Of a DNA stretch of 64,000 bases, positions 48,991 to 60,150 are shown in pieces. Origin of the DNA: Macrostomum lignano (lineage: Eukaryota); contig NIVC01003405.1 of assembly GCA_002269645.1 (NCBI GenBank), forward strand, positions 35,446 through 99,445. Reading direction: 5' to 3'. Numbering within the stretch: position 1 is the first letter of the stretch; every line of letters starts with the position of its first letter. The notes under the pieces are model-generated. The model saw nothing but the letters and a program-made list of their open reading frames with translations. It ran no database searches and was not told where the DNA came from. Made by a program: the position numbers and the translations under genes.

Positions 48991-49724
48991 TTTAATTAAA
49001 AATTTGAATGAGCACCTCGAATAATAAGACTGCTAAAGCTACGTTTTCGAGATATTGAACAACAAACGCGAATAAACACCTCAAAGCAATCTTGTGAGGA
49101 TTGCGAGCCGAGCGTTTCATATGCAACGCAAACTATAACAAAACTAATATTTGAAATTTTTATTATACAAGAAACATCGGCGTAAGACCATAAGAGAAAA
49201 GAATAATAACAAAAATCTAAAACCAAAAAGCAGACAATTTACAATATTGTAACGAATTGAAAAATATGAATATAAGGGATTTAAGTGGTTTTGATCGAAC
49301 ACAGACTCCACAGACAGTTTATATTGAATTCAACATAATAGTAACTAAACTGGATTATGTCACACTGAGTCGATCACTTGTAGCAAAAAAACACAGAAAC
49401 GAACTGATCAATCGTTGCAGTCAATGGAACATCTGGGCACAGCCTCGGGAAACAATTAACAAGCAAGAATATACAAACTGATATATAAGCAAATGATTCA
49501 CAAATACCAAATTATTGATATTAAGTATAGTCTGATTAATGACAATAAACACTTGGCTGCTGCGATCAGTTGTACTTTAGTGAAGTAAAAAGTGCAAAGT
49601 AAATATGGAGTAGGCTTTGAAGTAGACTCTCCCGGACTCAAATGGAGCCTATAGACACCAAGAAAAGCTCTAAGGAGGCCTTGAGACGCGACAGAATGGC
49701 CTAGATCGACTTTAAAAAGGTTTA

Positions 49725-50160
49725 GACTCTAAGGGTGAGCTTATAGAGACTGTAAGGGTCAGCTTATAGAGATTTTTAAGGGTGAGCTTATAGACTCTAA
49801 GAGAGAGCTTATAGAGACTCTAAGGGTGAGCTTATAGTGACTCTAAGGGTGAGCTTATAGAGATTTTTAAGGGTGAGCTTATAGACTCTAAGAGAGAGCT
49901 TATAGAGACTCTAAGGGTGAGCTTATAGTGACTCTAAGGGTGAGCTTATAGTGACTCTAAGGGTGAGCTTATAGTGACTCTAAGAGAGAGCTTATAGAGA
50001 CTCTAAGGGTGAGCTTATAGTGACTCTAAGGGTGAGCTTATAGTGACTCTAAGGGTGAGCTTATAGTGACTCTAAGGGTGAGCTTATAGTGACTCTAAGG
50101 GTGAGCTTATAGAGACTGTAAGGGTGAACTTATAGAGACTCTAAGGGTGAGCCTATAGAC
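49725..50160. repeat. 23-bp minisatellite (ctctaagggtgagcttatagtga)
   Basis: ~18 tandem copies downstream of the sugar transporter stop. Confidence 0.95.
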
Positions 50161-50357
50161 TTTAAGGGCAAGCCCAGAGACTCTAAAGGTTGTTAAGACT
50201 GTAAGTCTAGAAACTCCAGATTTCATCGGCAGGCCCTGCATACTCAAAGTGGGCCTAGACAGAGTAACGAACAGTGAGCCCAGACTGAAAATATGAAGAC
50301 AGTTAAACGAGTCCAGTGCAACCGTATTCAAGCAAAGCATGGTCTCCAGCAGTTCCC

Positions 50358-53300
50358 CTACAGCGATCGCAGGCTGCTCCGCGTGCCAATAAAGTGCAAT
50401 TCGAGATCCTCCAACGACTTGCCCTTGGTCTCGGGCACGTAGCGCCACACAAAGTACAGTCCGGCCAAGCACATGGCCGAGAACAGGAAGAAGATATTGC
50501 CAGTGCCAAGATGCAGCTGCAGGGCAGGGAAAGTCTCAGTGATGAGGAAGCTGAATAGCCAGCTGCTGCAGATGGCCAGGCCGTTGGCAACGCTCCGAGC
50601 TCGGGTAGGGAAGATCTCTGCAGTGACGAGCATCGGTACAGGGCCCCAGCCCAGGCTGAAGCCGATAATGAACAGTGCCAGGGAGACCACGGCAACGTAG
50701 CCGCGGGTTGAATTGGCGGCAAAGAAGATGCCGAGCGTAAGCTGGGCCAGCATCATGATGAGGCTGGCTAGCAGCAGCAGCTGGCGGCGACCGAACTTGT
50801 CCATCAGACAGGCAGCCAAGATGGTGAAGGCAACCTGAAAGTGGGGTTGCATGATGCAGCTGTTCTGAGAGTCAGAACTACTGACTTGGAACTAAAAGTG
50901 CAGCGAAAGCACATTAACAATAGGAGCTACAGGTGATAAAGGGGTGGAGAAAGGAAGCTAAAAGAGCAAAGATTCTCTCCGCCCAGAGAGAAAGGGCGGA
51001 GAGGAGATGCAAGGGACAGCGGAGTGAAGGGGCAGATGGGAGGTAAAGAGGGTGCATGGAGCGGAGGTGAAGGGGGCGGAGAAGCGTTGAAGGGGTGGAC
51101 TGTGGAGAGGTGGTGAAGGGGGCGGAGAGGAGGGGTAGAGGGCGGAGAGGAGGGGTAGAGGGCGGAGAGGTAGAGGGCGGAGGTGGTAAAGGGGTGGAGA
51201 AGGGTAGAGGGTGGAGAGACGGTGAAGGGGCGGGAAGGAGGCGAAGGGGCGGAGAGGAGGTGAAGGGGGGTTGGAAAGGGCTAAAAAGCGAATGGGTGGA
51301 AAACAAAGACGAGCGAGGGGATTGAGCGGGAAGTGGCGAATGTGGTACACAGCAGAGAGCTGCTCTGCATTGGAGAGGTAAATGTCTCACCTGCGTAGCC
51401 CCAATAAGACAGGCGCCGAGAGCAGGCGAGGACACGGCGCCAGTCTTGCCTAGAATGTCCTGCGCGTAGAACATGATGACATTGATGCCTGACAGCTGCT
51501 GCAGCGCCATGAGGCCAAGGGCCACCACCAGGGGCCGGCTGAACTCCGGCCGGGTGTACAGCTCGCGCAGGGACACGTCGGCGGACGCTTCAGAGCGACG
51601 GTTTCCGGCCGCTGCGGCGGAGGCTGCCGAATCTGATGACGAAGAAGCTGCGCCAGCGGCTGAGGGGTCGCCGGCCAAGTCAGCGGATCCGGCAGTCGGA
51701 GGCGCAGTCATGGGCAGCAGGGCGTCGTCAGAGCACGCGGAGATGTCGCGTAGCTCGTCCTGATTGAAAGGGATGTCAGATGGTTATTCTATATGTCAAA
51801 TGGTTATTCTATATGTCAGATGGTGATTCTCTATGTCAGATGGTTATTCTATATGTCAGATGGTGATTCTCTATGTCAGATGGTTATTCTATATGTCAGA
51901 TGGTGATTCTCTATGTCAGATGGTTATTCTATATGTCAGATGGTTATTCTATATGTCAGATGGTGATTCTTGTCATTGTCAGATGGTTATTCTATGTCAG
52001 ATGGTGATTCTATATGTCAGATGGTGATTCTATATGTCAGATGGTTATTCTATATGTCAGATGGTTATTCTATATGTCAGATGGTGATTCTTGTCATTGT
52101 CAGATGGTGATTTTCTATGTCAGATGGTTATTCTATGTCAGATGGTGATTCTATGTCAGATGGTGATTCTATGTCAGATGGTTATTCTATATCAGATAGT
52201 GATTCTATGTCAGATAGTGATTCTCTATGTCAGATGGTTATTCTATATGTCAGATGGTGATTCTATGTCAGATGGTGATTCTCTATGTCAGATGGTTATT
52301 CTATATGTCAGATGGTGATTCTTGTCATTGTCAGATGGTTATTCTATGTCAGATGGTGATTCTATATGTCAGATGGTTATTCTTTATGTCAGATGGTGAT
52401 TCTATATGTCAGATGGTTATTCTATATGTCAGATGGTGATTCTTGTCATTGTCAGATGGTGATTTTCTATGTCAGATGGTTATTCTATGTCAGATGGTGA
52501 TTCTATGTCAGATGGTGATTCTATGTCAGATGGTGATTCTCTATGTCAGATGGTGATTCTATATGTCACATGGTTATTCTATATGTCAGATGGTGATTCT
52601 CTATGTCAGATGGTGATTCTATATGTCAGATAGTGATTCTTGTCATTGTCAGATGGTGATTCTTTAGATGGGATTCCTTAATTTAAAAGTCGTTTTGTTG
52701 GATTTTTCACCTTCATCTGGGGAATAAAAAATACACAGATCTATAATTGGGCTGTTGGATTGTGTCAGTTGATTTATGGTACATGTATATTTGGTATTAG
52801 AGAGATCGTACATCTTTCTAAGAAGTACGAACACACAATGCACTGCTAACTAACCTGCACATCGTAGTGCGAAGGCCGCAGATAGGCCAGCACTTTGGCC
52901 GCAGTCTGGATGTCCCGCCGCTGCATGAGGAATCGAGGCGACTCCGGAAAGGACGGCAGGCCGGTGCACAGAGTCAGGCCGGCGGCCAGGCAGCAGCCCA
53001 GCCAGGCCAGGGCAGAGTAGGACCAGAATGCCCCGGCCAGGTAGGACAGGAAAATCCCGATCGTAATCCCCAACTGGTTAAACGCGCCAAGAACGCCGCG
53101 AAAACTTGTTGGCGAAATCTCAACCAGATAGATACTGGTAGCGGCAGCGTTCAAGCCGCAGGTCAGGCCGGTCAGCACCCGGCCGAACAGCAGGGCGTGC
53201 ACGGAGCCGCGCGAAGCACCGATGAAGATGTAGCCGAGCAGGGCTGGCAGCACGCTGACGAACAGGCACCAGCGGCGGCCCAGACGGTCCAGTAGGCCGC

Positions 53301-54190
53301 CAACGAACACGCTGCCGATGATTCCGCCGATGTTCATCAGTGAGGCGAACAGCGCCTCCTGGGAGGCCGTGCGGATGGCGCCTTGGCGCTTCAAGTCCGG
53401 CAGGGCGGGCGAGGAGAAACCAATCACGTGACCTGGCAAGGCGATTCGAGTGACGAAAAAAGTAGAGATCGCCTACTGATATTGAAGAGTAGTAGCAGTA
53501 GTGTCTAAAATTAGTTGTTAACACTAAAAACTCATTGCACTGAATAAGTAGCACGAAAATGAAAACAATGCACAAATGTATCTCGCAGAAATGACATTCC
53601 TCTTCTAGATTCCCATTGGTTCATGGAATGACTTACCAACCACCAATGGTTCCAGAAAGACTTGAAAAGCCAGAAAACAAGCCCTCGGAAACAAGCCTTC
53701 CAGACTCGCTCCAAAATTAAGCCATTTCCGAGACTTCAGGGTTTCCCCGCTCTCGGACCGCTTCCAGTAGTATTCTAAGTTTTTTACAATTCTTTTTCGC
53801 GCACTCCTAGGACTTGTCTGCTGGGTGGTGGCTTGGGTGGACTCGGTCTTAGCACCGTCCCTGATTCCACTTTTGGGTTGGCGGTTTCTTAGTCCATAGG
53901 TTTGGGTTGGCAGATTCCCCTGGCCCAGACGTCAGGGTCCAATCTCGGGGTATCTTGGGCCATATGCCCCTGGTAGTGCCCCTCAGCGGCAGAGCCCCTC
54001 TTAGGGCTGATCCGCGGGTAGCTCCCGGCGTCCCACCCCCGTTTAACAACAACAACTTACCAACCACCAATGGTCCCAGACAGACTTGAAAAGCCAGAAA
54101 AGAAAACCGGCACAAATATCCAACATCATAGTGAGTCTTCACTCGGATGTTCTTTCCCAGTGAGATTTTGCTGATTTTCATTTTTCTCAT
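50358..54190 (-). CDS. MFS sugar porter, GLUT8/SLC2A8-Tret1-like, 4 exons (54190-54061, 53432-52855, 51759-51391, 50834-50358), ~517 aa
   Basis: Sugar-porter motifs LGPLVVGHVIGFSSP, DRLGRR, YLVEISP..RG, PESPRFL, QQLSGINVIMFY, DKFGRR, GWGPVP...AEIFP, VPETKGKSLE. GT-AG junctions give one continuous frame. Confidence 0.9.
51775..52660. repeat. ~21-23-bp minisatellite (tgtcagatggtgattcta[ta]) filling sugar transporter intron 2
   Basis: ~40 tandem copies. Confidence 0.95.
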
Positions 54191-56309
54191 TAATTAGTTT
54201 GATGCAGTTGATGTAGCAGGAATTTGAAGTGAATAGGATTTTATCAACTTATATTTCATTACATTTTATTCTAATCATTATTGTCATCTTTTCATATTTA
54301 CAAGCATAGACACATCTATGGTATGAGTTTTCCAAGACAAACAATAAACAGCAAGCTTATGTGATTAAAATACAATACATACATATGCAACCTGAACTTT
54401 ACTGTCAGTGCAAATTTATTTTTCACAAAATTGTCACAATTGTATTTAAAGAGCCTTTCTCCAACAAATAATGCTTTGCTATTGCATCCCATTGGAAAAT
54501 TTATGCACCTGCATGGGCATAACAAGCAAAAATAAACAAGACAAATAAAAAAAATTTATTTAGACAAATAAAGTAAATATTTTTCTACAAAAGCAAAAGC
54601 CATTATAGTCATTATCACATAATGCACTCTAGATAATAATGAAAATGAAGACAGGCACCCTGATTTCAATCAGTGATGAAAAAACCTTCCTTTAAGTGTG
54701 TCTTTAAAAATAGGTATCATGGTTTCTCTGGGCATTTTTAGTACAAAATTACCTTTGAGAAGCACCATAGCATATAAGGTGAGCAAGATGCACAAAAGAG
54801 GCACTTTAATTCTCTATATTCTCTAATTCTCTAGATTTTAATTCTCTATATTCCATAGCCATAAGGACCTTAATATTATCATATTCCCATGGTTCCCATA
54901 GCCATAGCCATAGTTTTAACAAAAAGTCTAAGAAACAAAATATTTTGAATCAGGAGGATAACCTAGTGCTTAAACAACTGCACATAAGGTAGAAAATAAA
55001 ACAAACACTTGATTTCCTTTGTAAGATTATATTTTATCTTTTTACAAAGAACAACAATACTTAATCACTACTGATAGTACTAATGCTAAACTTTTTCACA
55101 GTAATAAAAGTTAGTTTGCTAATGCTTTATTGTACTTTATTAGGTATAATCTATAATAAGTTTCCAAGTCTATAATACAGTTAACCTAAGTATCTATGTT
55201 TTACTCTACATGTTTCTAGGTAAAATTAATTTTTTTTTTAATTAATAACTATGGCTACTAGCTATGGCTCAGCTCAGATGGGCAATATAGCAAATATCAA
55301 ACTGGACCCTTTCTCTCAAATCTGCATGTTGCTACTTACAGAACTGATTTAATCATTTATGACTTCATTACTTGTTTTATCCTATATATAATATTATGCT
55401 GGGTGCACGCCCGAAAAAAATTGAATAATTACGAATGCACGCCGAAAACAATGAATTGCATGCCCATTCTTAAAATTACGCCGGTGTTGCGACAATAAAT
55501 GACCCTTTTTTTACGTTGTAAAAATAAAATACCTTTTTTAAATTGCGTAATAGACCCTTATTACCAGGTAGTTTGGTTGCTTTTTATGCTTTTTTGGCGA
55601 TACTATTCACAGCGAAAAAATTATACACGCAAAGATTTGTTTAAATTATCTTTTACGAGCTTAAAAAGACCGGAAAGCTTGAAATTTGCGCTTAAAAATA
55701 AACTTTTTTCATCTTTTTTCTACTTCTGATGAGGACGCATCTTTTTGCAATCTTAAAACCGCACATTTCGCTTCGATGCGCCTTTCCCCTACTGTCAGTA
55801 GGCTAGCTTAGGAATCTCTCTCCATTCTCTCATCCAGGCTAAGTTCTTCACTAATTTATGCCATCACACTATTAATTATGATAAATACTCAATGTACTTC
55901 TCTTAGGATTCTAATTTTGGATTGTTTACGCATCTTTGAAGGTCAGACTGTCTGGGTTTGAGACAGATTGACCTCTAGCAGTCTAGATGGGTGCGCTAAG
56001 TCTGGGAGGAATGGTTTCAACCCCATTCTGACCCCCAGATTTGCGGCTTTTTCACTGTTTTCAGTGATTTATGGCGGTCTAGCTGTCACTTTTGGCTCCA
56101 GCCTGTCTGGGTCAAAGAGGTCTTTCCAGCTATCTCCCCACTCGCTCTGTTACTTTCTCTTTTAATTTATGGGTGTTTTGCTGTCACTTTTGGCGCCAGG
56201 ATGTCTAGACAAGCGACTTTTATTATGTTTTGCGCAAGATTTATGACGGCACCTGTCATCTTCCCTGGGGTCTGAAGGCCACCTGGTGGGGTGGGTTTTG
56301 GGGTCTTGA

Positions 56310-56450
56310 GCTCGGCCAATCAGAATCGACCTGACTGCCCTCAGCTCGACCAATCAGAAAATTCGGCGCCTATTTTAACAAAAGCTCTCAGCCAATCAGA
56401 AAATTCGACGTGCGTTATAACAAATCGGCCGCGTGAAAGCTATAAAAGGT
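56310..56450 (+). promoter_or_regulatory. Three CCAATCAGAA boxes followed by a TATA box (promoter or LTR U3-like)
   Basis: CCAAT at 56316, 56350 and 56392; TATAAAA at 56441-56447. No downstream gene or LTR termini identified. Confidence 0.35.
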
Positions 56451-57805
56451 GGCAACTCGAACCGCGCTCGAAGAAACGGTCGTTTTCTTACCTTGGCCTT
56501 GGCCAGTCCTGCCGACCTGATCCCCTTCGGCTTCTGCAGCGTCTTTGACGTCTGATCCCCCTTCCCCGGCAGCTTCACCTTCAACAGCCAAGTTCCCCTT
56601 GAGAGGTTTCACCAGTACTTCTCGGCCGTGAACGAAGATCAGCAACAGCAATCGGCAGGTGAAGAGTAGCGGCGGCACTCGTCAGTTAAGATCAGCAGCA
56701 GCATCCCATCTGAGCGCTTCGGTCTCTGTGGATTCCTTGGCTACCGGCAGATAGGTCCTCTGATTGGTTCGGTGAGAGGCTTCCTTGACCTGCTTAAGTG
56801 GGTGCGCCCTTTGTCTGACCCCTTCCTAGGTAGTCTGATAGGATTTGCACTTTTGCTTGCTTGCTTTTGTGTGTCGAACTCGAGGCAGAAGTGTCAGTTA
56901 ATATTAAAAATAGCCATTCACTCTAACTCAATCTAAAATGTCTAGGATTGCGGATTAAGTGAGAAAGTTAAATCTGGAAGTTAAAGACTTAATGTTTTCT
57001 TTCTTTTTCGCAATGCCAGCTGAGATGAGTGGCTAGATCTAGGGGCAGAGGTCACAGTGGACCGGAAGCGGCGCAGTTCCCAGTCAATCAGTCGTTCTCA
57101 GAAATCATGATAAGCATGCGAATTAAGTGCCAGACTGGCGCTTTCGCGCGGTCTCAGGCAGCTAAGCGGCTAAAACGAGGTAAATATTAGTCAGAAGGTC
57201 TCCAAAAGTAACAATACATCTACATCATCGCTATCTGTCGACGTGTTAACACATTTAGTGCCAAAAGCGTGCAGTTGCGTGTACTTATACATGTACATCT
57301 GGGAATTTGGTAATGAGATTTACATTTAGTAGTGTATAGAGGCTCGCCAGCGCAAGAACCCCCTGCAGAAGTCCTCTCTGTCCCTGCATGGCCAATGCGA
57401 TCCTAGTCCCAGCAGCGTCCCTTCTATTCGGCTATGACTTCGAGATAGACAGCTAAAAGACACTATATGGCAGATAAATGCAGTGCCCCTCTAGTCGGAA
57501 GTCCGATTTCGATAGCTCCGGTTTGGTGAGCCGGGGCGCACGGACTGGTGGCAGCGGGTTAGTTAATCTGCAGATTAGCTAAATCTACCTTTCAACTTCT
57601 CCCTGCTTGTCTCTCGCTGTCTTCTCTTAGCTATAGGACCTAGACTGCTCGCCCACAATCTAGCTACCATGGGGCTGACCATCTGACAGGAGTGAGAGGC
57701 CAGAGTTCTAAGTGATTCATTTCTGAGTTCTGAGGCCCGAAGCTATAGGCTTAAAAAGGCCGAACCCATCACTTTACAATAACTCTTACGCGTGATTCTA
57801 TAAAG

Positions 57806-58185
57806 TGCACGCCAGGTGTGCACGCATACTATTTTCTCAGGAGTGATGCACGCCAGGTGTGCACGCATACTATTTTCTCAGGAGTGATGCACGCCAGGTG
57901 TGCACGCATACTATTTTCTCAGGAGTGATGCACGCCAGGTGTGCACGCATACTATTTTCTCAGGAGTGATGCACGCCAGGTGTGCACGCATATTTCTCAG
58001 GAGTGATGCACGCCAGGTGTGCACGCATACTATTTTCTCAGGAGTGATGCACGCCAGGTGTGCACGTATACTATTTTCTCAGGAGTGATGCACGCCAGGT
58101 GTGCACGCATACTATTTTCTCAGGAGTGATGCACGCCAGGTGTGCACGCATACTATTTTCTCAGGAGTGATGCACGCCAACTGTG
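57806..58185. repeat. 41-bp minisatellite (tgcacgccaggtgtgcacgcatactattttctcaggagtga), ~9 copies
   Basis: Direct tandem copies. Confidence 0.95.
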
Positions 58186-59060
58186 CACGCCTAATGCACG
58201 CCTGAATTTTCGGGCGTATACTACATGATCCGGAGTGTGAAAATAGGCCCTAATATCCGTTTATAGCTATTTTTGTTAATTCGAATATCGATTTCCAATA
58301 ATTCAAACAGTATATGACAAATGTCATACTATATAAGTTAAAGATGCGGCTGCTGCATGTGCACGCAATTGAAACACTGTCCTAGCTCTGTATAATAAAT
58401 TAATTAATAATTAAAATTCATTAAAAGTTGAGACCAGTGACCAGGGCCAAGGCATATCCAAGAGGTGAGAGAAGGGGATGGGAAGTCGCCATTGTCAGAG
58501 ACCTGAAAAAATAAGGGGGCAAATGCATTTTTGCCAAAATTCAGTCTGTCCATGTTTCTTCTGTCTACTATAACTACAATCTGAATCACCCCTCTGCAGA
58601 TCTAGGGTAAAGCAGGCCAAAAACGAGTTGACAACGGCAGTTTGCAAAAAGAAAGCATTTTAGAATTGCTTGTTTACACGTTAAAAATCACTTTAATGGC
58701 ATTGGTACAGAATTTAGTAAGGAAAGTTTCTGAAGCACTGCGATAAAGTTCAGGATATCGGGGCCGACCGGACGACAGATAAGATGAATTCGAGCAGATA
58801 TCAGGATATAGATATGCCATAATCCTCACGCATAGTTCACAGAATCCGCAGACATGCATTTAAAAGATTGTCTTTTTACCTTTTAGGCCTACTGCAAGAT
58901 TAAATTAAATCATGTATATATATTATAAATTTTCGTGCAATTCAAACTCGCATTCAAACTCGCGCTAAAGATTTTAAATTCGGTATTTAAAACGAGGCTC
59001 TTTATAGTAAAGAAAAACATGTAATGCCTCAGGTTAAATTCACATACGAGGCTAAATCAT

Positions 59061-59420
59061 TTTTTTTATTAGAGGCAGGGGGTTGTGTGCACCCTGGCGC
59101 AATTTAAGCGACATAGGCACACAACCGGCGAGAGGCATTACTGCCCATTCCGCCGACTCCCCTGAGCAGGCATACAAGCGCGCGGATACGTACGCAGGCA
59201 CACACTCACACAGGAGTGTACAGCGGCCCTAACTTTATTTATCGTTAGGCATGTACACTTCACTGCGCCTTGGGGGGTTGGCTCTCAAGGCCGTTAATTG
59301 CACGAGCAGAGCCAAGCCGACATTCCAATTCAGCCCCAAATTAATGTGACTGCACTTGGAATCGAGCCTGGGTCGCTGTCACACCAGAGCAGCTGCGCTA
59401 CCGCTGGGCTACGGCCCCCT
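59061..59420 (-). mobile_element. tRNA-derived SINE family A, full length (360 bp)
   Basis: Minus-strand head GGGGCCGTAGCCCAGCGG (A box) ... GGCTCGATTCC (B box). 3' stem-loop ggttgtgtgc/gcacacaacc. AATAAAAAAA tail. 13-bp TSD gaggctaaatcat at 59048-59060 and 59421-59433. Confidence 0.92.
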
Positions 59421-60150
59421 GAGGCTAAATCATAGGTCTATATAAGATCTTTGGGCAAAATTCCTGCTTTTCGGGTATTACTAGTATTATTCCTGTATAT
59501 TAGAGATCTACATGTATTTGCCAAATGCTTAGGCAACGTAGATTCGCAATGGTTGACATGTACTTTGACCAACCGTGACCGTTGACTTGAGGAAACGAGG
59601 AATTAATCCTAAATTTTTATGAGGCTATCTTGAGTGAAGGCTTATCGCTCGTAAGACACGAGAAATATTTTGTATTTAGCTTTCTTCCACTGAATCACTG
59701 AATTTGCTATGTCACTGCATTCATGCTGGTGACAGGCTGACAGCACTGATTGATTTTTTTTACTTTTCACAATATATAATTTGCCCCTACGCTCAATAGC
59801 ATTAGCCACAGCCACAACTACTAACGCGTGCACACCTGCTGCGGCTACTCGTGGGTTGGCGTCGACCGGAGAAGCAGCTTAGAGGGAGTATGCCAACAAT
59901 CTCTCCCTGCTGCCCCCAACGGTTCGCGGGTCCGTTTTGGCATCCCCACCATATTTGCTGACTTTGTATTCAGAAGTACTGGTTACTTGGTGTTTGGGAT
60001 ACAAAAATATAGACAGGTGCATGGCAAGATTATCAATCCATTGTCTATGGCTTAGCATCCATTTGTCTTTTCGTTGTTAACTAACTACGCATAACTTTTG
60101 CATATAAATTTATGTGATCGACAAATGAATTATTCCTGTAGCTGCCGACA

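Noticed and set aside
48419-48999. Poly-Thr/Leu/Tyr ORFs
   Set aside because: Translation of a (TAC)n microsatellite.
59120-59180. HDV-like ribozyme in SINE A (ggcggaatggg, cctctcgc)
   Set aside because: The motifs are in the wrong order with too little sequence for P3/P1/P4; only a simple hairpin forms.
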